64,000 nucleotides of DNA from assembly GCA_021648725.1 (NCBI GenBank), contig JAKISF010000002.1, forward strand, positions 32,002-96,001, written 5' to 3'. Of the stretch, positions 1 through 8,779 are shown in pieces. Positions within the stretch are counted from its first letter, which is position 1; each line of letters begins with the position of its first letter. Source of the DNA: Bacteroidales bacterium. GTDB taxonomy: Bacteria > Bacteroidota > Bacteroidia > Bacteroidales > JAADGE01. A model generated the notes under the pieces. That model did not search any database and was not told where the DNA came from. It saw only the letters and a program-made list of their open reading frames with translations. The translations under genes were made by a program, and so were the position numbers.

Positions 1-125
1 GCTTTTTCAAAAGAAGTCATTATGTAAAAGAAATTGATTTGACAAAAGTTTCAAGCGGGTTTTATACCATTAAAATAAAATCTAAAAAATATACGGAGGC
101 ATTAAAATTAATATTAAGCAATTAA
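1..125 (+). CDS. 3' end of an upstream gene; the tail resembles a T9SS (Por) C-terminal sorting domain
   Basis: The frame starting at nt 3 is open from the window edge to TAA at 123-125. It reads FFKRSHYVKEIDLTKVSSGFYTIKIKSKKYTEALKLILSN*, which fits the usual G-x-Y-x-hydrophobic-K ... K-hydrophobic ending of Bacteroidota T9SS cargo. It is too short for the ORF track. Confidence 0.5.
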   Translation, partial: FFKRSHYVKEIDLTKVSSGFYTIKIKSKKYTEALKLILSN

Positions 126-143
126 ATTGTAAAATATTATAAA

Positions 144-3100
144 ATGGGACTCTTTTCAAAAAATCGAACTAAAATATTGTTGATAGGAATCATTTCATTT
201 GCTTTAATATTTATATCGGTAGGAAAAAATGATTTAATAGTCAACTCAATATTCTTGTTTAAAAAGAGTCCTAAGTCTGATGCACCGCATAATGTTACAT
301 GCAATGCTTGTCATATTACACACACAAGCCCTGGTATTTCATTAACTTCGGTGCAAGGAAATGCTAATTTATGTATGAGTTGCCATAATCCTCTCGGAAC
401 AGCAGCCGCAAAAACAATATCAAATGCTGATAAAGCCGTCCCGGGAGTTTCCGGAACATCTCATTCATGGGATATATCAGCAATAAGCAGCACATATGAT
501 GCCCAGCTTCCGGTAAACCCCGCAATGCTTTCACGTATATTAAATGATACAATTATTTGCTCAACCTGTCATAATCAACATTCTCAAACATATACTTTCT
601 TTTTAAGAGCCAACAATACAGGCGATGCAATTTGTAAAGATTGCCATTTGCCGAGAAACATCGGCCGGTATGAAGACGATAATATAAACAACAGAGGAAG
701 TCATCCTGTCGGACTTACATATGACGGAAATGACCCTCGTTTCTTTTCTTCACCGTCTGCACCTTTACAAATTTTAGATTCAAAGATTGAATGTTCAAGT
801 TGTCATAAGCTGCATTTTTCTGCTACAAATGACGGAAATCTTTTAAGGATAACAAATGATGATAACTTATGTCAAAGTTGCCATACATATACAGGACATA
901 TTACAATGGGTTGCAATACCTGCCATCAAGTTCACAACAGCAACAAATCTAATATTTATCTGATAAAAGACACAATAAGCACTCCCAACAGCGGCAACAT
1001 ATCTGTTGTTTTTACTTCAACAAATGGTACTAATTCTTTTGCTGACGGGGATTTAACCTACGACGGAATTTGTGAAGCGTGTCACACAACAACAAACTAT
1101 CATCAAAATAATACAGCAGGAAACCACACACATAACGTAGGTACAAATTGTATAAATTGCCATTCACATCAAAATAACTTCCTGCACGGCGGAGATTGTA
1201 AAAAATGTCATGGCCATGATGCCGGTTATGAATATGAACCCGGTCTTTATTGTGTAGGAAACGGCACTTTTCAAAGTCATTCTACCCATACAGAAATTGA
1301 TACAGATGATCTAATCGGACCGAACATCAGCTGTGAAACCTGTCATGACACAACAGATTTTCCTTATTTCATTTCCGGAACTGATGTAAATGCAGATACA
1401 AGATTCGATTTATCAGAAACAGATGTTTGTGATAATTGCCACAGCCCGGGAGGTCTTTTTGACGGCGTTAACAATAATAACCTCGGAGCAAAAAACAATT
1501 GGAATAACGGAATTTATTCCGGAAACAATCTTCAATCAGGAAAAAACAATTGGTGTGCAACATGCCACGACTCAGACAGAGCAAGCAGTAACCAAGACGG
1601 AACAGGAACTCCGGCTCCGGATGTTGCCGGCGATTCAATAAATTACGGCTACTATTATTCCGGACACGGAAAAAATCAGATAATAAATTGTACTGATTGC
1701 CATGACCCTCTAAGTAGTCATTTAGACGGAAACATAAGAACATACACATTCTCTGATGCAATTGCTAATTTAACCGGCTCAGAATATCGAGCAGGCTACA
1801 GATTAAAACAAATAAACGGACTTGAACCTATGCGTATTCCTCTGAACGATCCTTTAATCTCTCAACTTGACTCTGCAAACTTCAGATTATGTATCAGTTG
1901 CCATAATTGGGACAGCATTTCAAGTAACACGGTTCCTTATTCAACAAATTTTAATCATTCGGGAGCAAATGCGGCTTATTCTTTCGGATATGGCGTTGTT
2001 ACGGAAAGAAACAATCATTTATTCAATCATCTGGATTTTCAAGCACACGGAAGAATTGAGCCTTATTGGGATTCTGATTGGGATAGTAATACAACAGCAA
2101 CAGTAGCAGGAAGTTCAAACCCGGAAGTTAACGGTTATGATTCATATATCACATGCGTTACCTGCCATGATGTTCACGGAGGACAAGCATTCGGAGGAAA
2201 TACTGAAGGAAATATGATGCGAGACGGAAGACTGCAAAACAGGGAACCGGGTCTTAAATTTACTTTTCTTATAGAAGCTGCAGGAGGCTTACCTTTAGTT
2301 ACATCTGTAGGTGCAAATAAGGAAAACAGTATAGGAGGTGTAATAAGAAGCGGTGTTGACTATAGAGCCGGGTATAATGATGCAATTCCTCAGGCAAATG
2401 CAATATGCGGCGGTTGTCATTCTGAAACTTATCCTGTTACAGATGAATATAATGCTTCCGGAAACGGAGGAAACAGCTGTACTCCTTGTCATCCGTTTTC
2501 TTCTTCCTCCAATTATTATATGGAATATTACAGAGTTCCGAAGCCTTTGAGTTGTACGCTTTGCCACGAACAACCTCCTGACGGAGCAAGTTTCCCGAAT
2601 TCATCAGGTTCTCATGAAACTCACATGAACAGTACTAAAGGACCTAACATTTCCGACTGCTCTGTTTGTCATGCAAGTTCAGGGAATGTTACTCACATTA
2701 ATCAAATTGCAAGCTTTGCCTCCGGAATTGACTCTGACGGTAACGGAAACATAGAACTTTCTGAAACCGATGTATGTAATAATTGTCACAGCCCCGGCGG
2801 TACTTATGACGGAGTAAATGATCCAGAAATCGGAGCAAAAAACAATTGGCAATCCGGCGTTTATTCAGGCAACGATTTAACGGCAGGTAAAGAAAAATGG
2901 TGTGCAACATGCCACGATGAAAACCCTGCAAACAGTATGTATGACGGAACGGGAATTTTTGCATCAAAAGTTATCGGAGATGAAAGTGCATCATATATAT
3001 ACGGAACAGGTTACGGTTATTATAAAACAGGACACGGATTACCCGATACTGTAAGCTATCCTGCAAGCGGCGGTGTTACAAGCGGAGCCGGACTAACTTG

Positions 3101-6050
3101 CAGTGCTTGTCATGATTACTCCTCTGTACACATTGATCATATTCAACGAACATTTAACGACGGAGATGTCAGTACAACAAGTCCGAGCACATACACGGCA
3201 GGGTATCGTTTAAAATTAATAGGCGGTCTTGACCCGATGCAAATACCGTTAGCTCTAAATACTGTTCCTTTGAATAACAGCAATCAGTTTTTATTATGCT
3301 ACAGTTGTCACAATTCCGGTCCGTTTTTAACTTCTTCTGATATGAATACAAATTTGGTAACAGACGGAATAAACAGACATGAATATCATTTGAGAATGAA
3401 TCAAATAAGATATTCATCTGATTGGGACGGTAATTTAAACAGCAGAATAACTTGTGTTTCATGTCACAATGTGCATGGTTCAAAATTCTTAACAATGGTT
3501 AGGGACGGAGAACTTATTGACAGCGTACCCGGTTTACAAATTTGGTATAATAATGATGCAATTGCAACATACAACACCTCTAACCCTGAGCCGCCGGAAC
3601 CTCAAAACATAGACCTTGCAGCAAGTACCGGCACTGTTTGGATCGGCAGAAGTTCAAGTAACTTATGTACTCATTGTCACAATAACGGAAATACAACACC
3701 CGAATACAGAAATCCTTATCAAGATGTAAATATTGCTCCTTGGTTGGAATGGGCAGGAGATTTAGATTTTGAAAATGACGGAGTAACGGCTGACACAGCA
3801 AAAGCAAATTCTGATTTTCTTTTCAGGGTTAATTATTTTGATGTCAACAATGATTTTCCGTCAATATATAAGATGTTAGCAGATGTAAACGGAGACGGAA
3901 TTACAGATTCTGTTGATATGATTGTTAAAGAAGGTGATAATAATTTTACCGACGGAAGTACATATTACAAAACTATAAATATAACTCGCCCTGCAAACGG
4001 TTCCGGAAACGTAGATTATAAGTTTTACTTTGTTTCTACTGATTCAGTTGCAACGGGTGAGCCTACAATCAATCATCAGTTTTATGTTGAAAATAATTCC
4101 CCGACATTAAACTGGGCAGGTAATTTATTTTTTGAATCTGACGGAATCCACCCAAATACCGGACCTGTCGGAAATTTCGATTTTGAGATTGTATATACTG
4201 ATATTGACGGCGACAATCCGTCAACAATGAATCTGATTATAGATGGTGTCTTACCCGGATATACGATGACAGCCGGAACAGGAAGTGTTGTATCCGGAAG
4301 AACATACTCAACAACTGTTTCAATTGCAACACCCGGAAATCACACATACCGTTTCTTTGCTGTTGATAATGCAATATGGGGAGATACTGCGATTTTTGAA
4401 ACCCTACCTGTAACAAACAATTCATTTACGGTTACAAATACCGCAAACAATGTTCCTACGCTTGATTATGAAAACAGTTCATGCTTTACAAAAAGTGTAA
4501 TGCCTGTACGTGGTCCTGTTGATGGAGATTATGATTTCAACATTGTTTATACAGATTTAGATAATGAAGTTCCTGTTGAGATAAAAGTTGTTGTTGACGG
4601 CACAAATGAATACCCGCTTTCTCCGATAAGCGGAAACATTTTAACAGGAATGACATACGGTACAACAATACAGATAAATAGTGCAGGGGAGCATTATTAT
4701 AATTTTTATGCAAATGACGGAATAGATATTGCAATCGGAGAACCGACAATACTAAACGGAGATACATTAATCGTAATTAACGCTTTGAAAGTCAAGCTTA
4801 ATGACACTCGACCCGGTTGGTACGGATCAATTCAATCGGCAATTGATGCTTTTTCAGATACTATAATAATGGTATATCCGGATACTTATAATGAAAAACT
4901 CAGTTTCTTAGGTACGGGTGATGATAAAATAATATTGGAAGCAGTTTGTTCTCCCGAAAATACAATTATTGATTCAACCGGAAATACAATTTTTATTCAA
5001 AATGTGCCTACATATACAAAGATAATCGGATTTACTGTAACCGGAGGAACAAACGGAATTTATATTAACAACGGGAAAACAGAAATTATCGACTGCATAA
5101 TCAGAAATAATACCGAAAGAGGTATTAATTCCGGTAATCCGGGAAATATTTTGACCGTTTCGAACACAACAATAAGAAATAATAATGCAAGCGGAACAAG
5201 TGCAAATATATACGGAGCAGGTATATTTTTCAACGGCGGGACATCCCATATTATATCAGGGTGTATTATCAAAAATAACCATGCCTCAGTAAGAGGCGGA
5301 GGTGTATATGCACAAAATATCAGTAGCGGAAATCTGACTTTAATAAATACAGAAGTTTCCGATAATATTTCTGATAATGCCGGAGGCGGAATAGGTGTTA
5401 ATGCTGCAAATATTGTTATTGACAAATGTAAGATATTCTCAAATACAGCTTCAGGGACAAGTGTTGCCGGAGGATTGTTTGCCCAAGGAACAGCTTACTC
5501 TGTTGACATAACAAACAGTATTTTTGCAAACAATGCAGGCAAAGACGGCGGAGCCTTTTGGTTTAATTCCGATATGATTGTTTCAATTGCAAACTCAGTA
5601 TTCACGGAAAATACAACTTCTGACCTAATCGGAGGAAGGGGCGGAGCATTATTTACTTATGACAGCGACCCGACAATAATTAATTCTATTTTTTGGAACA
5701 ATACTGCCGGCAGTAATTATCAAACGGGGCATGATTGTTATGCACATCAATCCGGTTCAGTTTTTACAATTACATATAGTGACTTGATAAACAACAAAGC
5801 AATGTTATCGGGTAGCGGAACGTTTAATGTCGGCTCAAATAACATAGGGTATAATCCTCAATTTGAAAATCCCTCGTTAAAAGATTATCGACTAAAATCT
5901 GTTTCTCCGTGTATTGATATAGGAACTTCAGTAAATGCTCCGTTTGATGATATTAACGGAAAAATAAGAGGTTTTGACGGCAGAGGAGACGGAAATATTA
6001 CCGGAGACTCATCAGATTATGATATAGGTGCTTATGAATATGCCCCGTAA
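144..6050 (+). CDS. giant multihaem c-type cytochrome (26 CxxCH) fused to three Ig-like repeats and a C-terminal right-handed parallel beta-helix domain
   Basis: 1968-aa ORF with an N-terminal hydrophobic anchor/signal (ILLIGIISFALIFISVG). I count 26 CxxCH motifs up to nt ~3680 (CNACH ... CTHCH), many as CxxCHxxH. Three ~110-120 aa repeats follow at nt ~3735-4790 (WAG.L.FE.DG ... Y.F.A.D). Nt ~4790-6050 shows repeated N-N-x-A/GGG turns typical of parallel beta-helices and ends DYDIGAYEYAP. Confidence 0.9.
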   Translation: MGLFSKNRTKILLIGIISFALIFISVGKNDLIVNSIFLFKKSPKSDAPHNVTCNACHITHTSPGISLTSVQGNANLCMSCHNPLGTAAAKTISNADKAVPGVSGTSHSWDISAISSTYDAQLPVNPAMLSRILNDTIICSTCHNQHSQTYTFFLRANNTGDAICKDCHLPRNIGRYEDDNINNRGSHPVGLTYDGNDPRFFSSPSAPLQILDSKIECSSCHKLHFSATNDGNLLRITNDDNLCQSCHTYTGHITMGCNTCHQVHNSNKSNIYLIKDTISTPNSGNISVVFTSTNGTNSFADGDLTYDGICEACHTTTNYHQNNTAGNHTHNVGTNCINCHSHQNNFLHGGDCKKCHGHDAGYEYEPGLYCVGNGTFQSHSTHTEIDTDDLIGPNISCETCHDTTDFPYFISGTDVNADTRFDLSETDVCDNCHSPGGLFDGVNNNNLGAKNNWNNGIYSGNNLQSGKNNWCATCHDSDRASSNQDGTGTPAPDVAGDSINYGYYYSGHGKNQIINCTDCHDPLSSHLDGNIRTYTFSDAIANLTGSEYRAGYRLKQINGLEPMRIPLNDPLISQLDSANFRLCISCHNWDSISSNTVPYSTNFNHSGANAAYSFGYGVVTERNNHLFNHLDFQAHGRIEPYWDSDWDSNTTATVAGSSNPEVNGYDSYITCVTCHDVHGGQAFGGNTEGNMMRDGRLQNREPGLKFTFLIEAAGGLPLVTSVGANKENSIGGVIRSGVDYRAGYNDAIPQANAICGGCHSETYPVTDEYNASGNGGNSCTPCHPFSSSSNYYMEYYRVPKPLSCTLCHEQPPDGASFPNSSGSHETHMNSTKGPNISDCSVCHASSGNVTHINQIASFASGIDSDGNGNIELSETDVCNNCHSPGGTYDGVNDPEIGAKNNWQSGVYSGNDLTAGKEKWCATCHDENPANSMYDGTGIFASKVIGDESASYIYGTGYGYYKTGHGLPDTVSYPASGGVTSGAGLTCSACHDYSSVHIDHIQRTFNDGDVSTTSPSTYTAGYRLKLIGGLDPMQIPLALNTVPLNNSNQFLLCYSCHNSGPFLTSSDMNTNLVTDGINRHEYHLRMNQIRYSSDWDGNLNSRITCVSCHNVHGSKFLTMVRDGELIDSVPGLQIWYNNDAIATYNTSNPEPPEPQNIDLAASTGTVWIGRSSSNLCTHCHNNGNTTPEYRNPYQDVNIAPWLEWAGDLDFENDGVTADTAKANSDFLFRVNYFDVNNDFPSIYKMLADVNGDGITDSVDMIVKEGDNNFTDGSTYYKTINITRPANGSGNVDYKFYFVSTDSVATGEPTINHQFYVENNSPTLNWAGNLFFESDGIHPNTGPVGNFDFEIVYTDIDGDNPSTMNLIIDGVLPGYTMTAGTGSVVSGRTYSTTVSIATPGNHTYRFFAVDNAIWGDTAIFETLPVTNNSFTVTNTANNVPTLDYENSSCFTKSVMPVRGPVDGDYDFNIVYTDLDNEVPVEIKVVVDGTNEYPLSPISGNILTGMTYGTTIQINSAGEHYYNFYANDGIDIAIGEPTILNGDTLIVINALKVKLNDTRPGWYGSIQSAIDAFSDTIIMVYPDTYNEKLSFLGTGDDKIILEAVCSPENTIIDSTGNTIFIQNVPTYTKIIGFTVTGGTNGIYINNGKTEIIDCIIRNNTERGINSGNPGNILTVSNTTIRNNNASGTSANIYGAGIFFNGGTSHIISGCIIKNNHASVRGGGVYAQNISSGNLTLINTEVSDNISDNAGGGIGVNAANIVIDKCKIFSNTASGTSVAGGLFAQGTAYSVDITNSIFANNAGKDGGAFWFNSDMIVSIANSVFTENTTSDLIGGRGGALFTYDSDPTIINSIFWNNTAGSNYQTGHDCYAHQSGSVFTITYSDLINNKAMLSGSGTFNVGSNNIGYNPQFENPSLKDYRLKSVSPCIDIGTSVNAPFDDINGKIRGFDGRGDGNITGDSSDYDIGAYEYAP

Positions 6051-6112
6051 TTATTCTCGAGAAGGGATAATTTTAAATAAAAAAACGTATATTAGTAAAA
6101 AATAATGAAAAT

Positions 6113-8635
6113 ATGAAGACTTTTACAAAAAACAAAAACAGATTATTTGCAATATTAGTAATATTATTCAGCAGCATTGTTATAGCTTTAAGTATGAATA
6201 ATTTTTCTTTGAATTCAATACTCAACTCAAAGGTTAACCCGAAATCAGATTTTCCGCATAACTTTACGTGTAATGCATGCCACATTCTGCACACAAGCCC
6301 CGGAATATCATTAACATCTGTTCAGGGTAATGCAAATCTTTGTATGAGTTGTCATAATCCCACTGGTGTCGCAAATTTAAAACCTTTTTCAGTTAATGAT
6401 AAAGCTGTTCCGGGTACAAAAGGAACTTCACACTCATGGGATGTATCTGGTATAAATAACCTTTATGCTGCAAACCTCCCGACAGAAGCAAATATGCTTT
6501 TACGCATTATAAATGATACAATTATTTGTTCAACATGTCATAATCAACATTCTCAAGCATTTACTCCTTTTTTAAGAGCTGACAATACAGCAGATGCAAT
6601 GTGCAAAGATTGCCACTCGGCAAGAAATCTCGGATTATATGCTACTGATAATACAAATAACAGAGGAACACATCCTGTCGGAGTAGTTTATAACGGTGCA
6701 GATTCTCGGTTATTCTCTGTGCCTAATGCCCCGCTTCTCGCAATAGGCGGAAATGTTGAATGTTCAAGTTGTCATAAATTACATTATGCAACAACTACTG
6801 ACGGAAATCTGTTAAGAAAAACAAATGATGCAAGTTTATGCACATCTTGCCATGTATATAAAAACTTCGGAACATCATTAGACCATGAAAGTATGACTTG
6901 TGTAACTTGTCATTATGCACATCAAAACAATTCCGGTAATATTTTCTTAGTCCGAGATGTAATTAATACTCCTAACAGCGGAGCTCAAAATGTCGTTTTT
7001 ACGGCAAATACAAGTGCTGATAATTATGCAGACGCAACAGGTACTTTCGACGGTGTTTGTGAAGTTTGCCATACACTTACCGACCATTATACAAATACAA
7101 CAGGCGGAACCGCTGATGCAAGACATGTTCCCGCAACCCAAACATGTATATCTTGTCACCCTCACGATAATGCTTTTTATGCTCAGTCAAACTGCTTCGA
7201 TTGTCACAACACCGTTCAAGATAAGCCCGCTGTAGGACCTGTCGGAGGAAGAAGGCAAATTGTAGATGACAGCGGCGACGGGCTCGGAACAGGGGGTGAT
7301 TTTAAAAGATCATCACATCATGTATCAGGAGCAATTCCGAATGTAAGTGATTGTTTAAAATGCCATTATATGGGAGATCATAAAAACGGAGAGGTTAAAT
7401 TATTTGATCCTGACCAAGGATATTTAAATGTAATAACTTACGACCCGGTAAACAAAGCAAGTATCGAAGATTTTTGTCTGAATTGTCATGATGCCGACGG
7501 TTCTAACGGAGATACAACTCCTTTCAGTGACGGCATTGCAGTACCGTTGGTTGATAAAACTTTATGGAACGGTTCTTCTCACAAAACAAGTGTTTATACT
7601 TGTCTTGATTGCCATGACAACGGACACGGTTCTAATAAAAGCAAATTACTCGAACCTTTTGATTATACTGCAGATGCAACTCCCGACCCGATGAATGACC
7701 AAGAAGAATTCTGTGAAAGATGCCACAGTGCAGCAGGTGCAGCAACATCAGATATCGAATCTGAATTTAACCTTACTCATTCTCATCAAGTTGATGAAGT
7801 TGCAGAAATGGGAACAAATTCAGGTCTTGAATGTATTAATTGTCATAATCCGCATCAAAATACCGCAGTAAACCCTGTCAGCGACCCTGATAATAATGCA
7901 ACCCTAATGTCAATCAATAACGGAGCAAACGGAACACGAGATTTCTGTTTACGTTGTCATGACGGAACACCTCCTGCCGGCATTTCTTTCCCCGCAACTT
8001 CTTACGGCACGGGGTGGAATAAATCAAGTTATGTTAGTTCTCGCCACGATGCAACAATAAATATCGGCGAAACAAATTTTACGGGAACAAAAGATGATTG
8101 TTTATCGTGTCATCAGCATCACGCTGCCTCCGGTGTTGCAGAAACAAATAAAACAGGAATATACACCATGATACGAGGCAAATACGACAAAAGCGGTAAT
8201 GCAACCTCTGATGCTTGTAATCCGTGGGATAATAACGATAACGGAGATTACCAATTATGTTGGGATTGCCATTTTAAAGAAATGGTTGATAAGAATGACG
8301 GAACTTATGGTGTAAATGCCTTTGATGACAGGCATGACACACATGTTGACGGAGAAGAATCTCCGTGTATCATTTGTCATGATGTGCATAATCCTTATGA
8401 TATAGGCGAACCTGGACATATAAATTTTGTATATGGTTCAAGTGCAAAAGCAAGTAACGATAATAATTTATTCAGCGGTCAGTCCGGCTCATTTTATATC
8501 TCCGGTTCCAGAGGATACTGTAGTTTAAGGTGTCATGAAACATTTTCAGGCGGCTGCGGCAGAAAAGGGCATAACCCTAAAAATTACGATCGTTTTCCGC
8601 TTACATATCCGTGGGGGTATTTGTGGCCGAAATAA
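6113..8635 (+). CDS. multihaem c-type cytochrome (19 CxxCH plus one CxxxCH), paralog of the upstream gene
   Basis: 840-aa ORF with an N-terminal hydrophobic segment (LFAILVILFSSIVIALS). The first ~365 aa are collinear with the 144..6050 product, carrying the same 10 haem motifs in the same order. The alignment starts at residue 43 in both (P-K-S-D-x-P-H-N-x-T-C-N-A-C-H). The C-terminal half is different but still haem-rich (CLKCH ... CIICH, then CSLRCH). Confidence 0.9.
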   Translation: MKTFTKNKNRLFAILVILFSSIVIALSMNNFSLNSILNSKVNPKSDFPHNFTCNACHILHTSPGISLTSVQGNANLCMSCHNPTGVANLKPFSVNDKAVPGTKGTSHSWDVSGINNLYAANLPTEANMLLRIINDTIICSTCHNQHSQAFTPFLRADNTADAMCKDCHSARNLGLYATDNTNNRGTHPVGVVYNGADSRLFSVPNAPLLAIGGNVECSSCHKLHYATTTDGNLLRKTNDASLCTSCHVYKNFGTSLDHESMTCVTCHYAHQNNSGNIFLVRDVINTPNSGAQNVVFTANTSADNYADATGTFDGVCEVCHTLTDHYTNTTGGTADARHVPATQTCISCHPHDNAFYAQSNCFDCHNTVQDKPAVGPVGGRRQIVDDSGDGLGTGGDFKRSSHHVSGAIPNVSDCLKCHYMGDHKNGEVKLFDPDQGYLNVITYDPVNKASIEDFCLNCHDADGSNGDTTPFSDGIAVPLVDKTLWNGSSHKTSVYTCLDCHDNGHGSNKSKLLEPFDYTADATPDPMNDQEEFCERCHSAAGAATSDIESEFNLTHSHQVDEVAEMGTNSGLECINCHNPHQNTAVNPVSDPDNNATLMSINNGANGTRDFCLRCHDGTPPAGISFPATSYGTGWNKSSYVSSRHDATINIGETNFTGTKDDCLSCHQHHAASGVAETNKTGIYTMIRGKYDKSGNATSDACNPWDNNDNGDYQLCWDCHFKEMVDKNDGTYGVNAFDDRHDTHVDGEESPCIICHDVHNPYDIGEPGHINFVYGSSAKASNDNNLFSGQSGSFYISGSRGYCSLRCHETFSGGCGRKGHNPKNYDRFPLTYPWGYLWPK

Positions 8636-8645
8636 ATTATAAAAA

Positions 8646-8690
8646 CTAATCTGCTTAAAGAAAAAAGTATAATTTCTTTAAGCAGATTAG
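8646..8690 (+). terminator. long perfect hairpin after the cytochrome pair
   Basis: CTAATCTGCTTAAAGAAA (8646-8663) and TTTCTTTAAGCAGATTAG (8673-8690) form a perfect 18-bp inverted repeat with a 9-nt loop, 11 nt after the stop codon. No clear T-run follows. Confidence 0.55.
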
Positions 8691-8749
8691 CCGGATTTAT
8701 AACAAAACATTAAAAAATAAAATTTCCTTTTTATTTTAAAAAAAAAGTA

Positions 8750-8757
8750 TAATTTTG
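8750..8757 (+). promoter_or_regulatory. Bacteroidota-type -7 box (TAnnTTTG)
   Basis: TAATTTTG lies ~23 nt upstream of the ATG at 8780. This argues against the GTG at 8759 that the ORF track uses as the start. Confidence 0.4.
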
Positions 8758-8779
8758 CGTGCTTGTTTTAAAAAGGGTA

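Noticed and set aside
6051-6075. The palindrome TTCTCGAGAA just after the first cytochrome gene, as a possible terminator.
   Set aside because: It is a 10-bp loopless palindrome containing a XhoI-type site, too short and without a T-run. The 62-nt gap to the next gene is more consistent with co-transcription.
364-8635. About 20 minus-strand and alternate-frame ORFs of 60-120 aa inside the two cytochrome genes (for example 1468-1761, 3169-3495, 5060-5425, 6073-6294, 6947-7165).
   Set aside because: All are nested within much longer ORFs that have unmistakable motif content. Their translations are low-complexity, with no signal or motif. They are typical antisense shadows.
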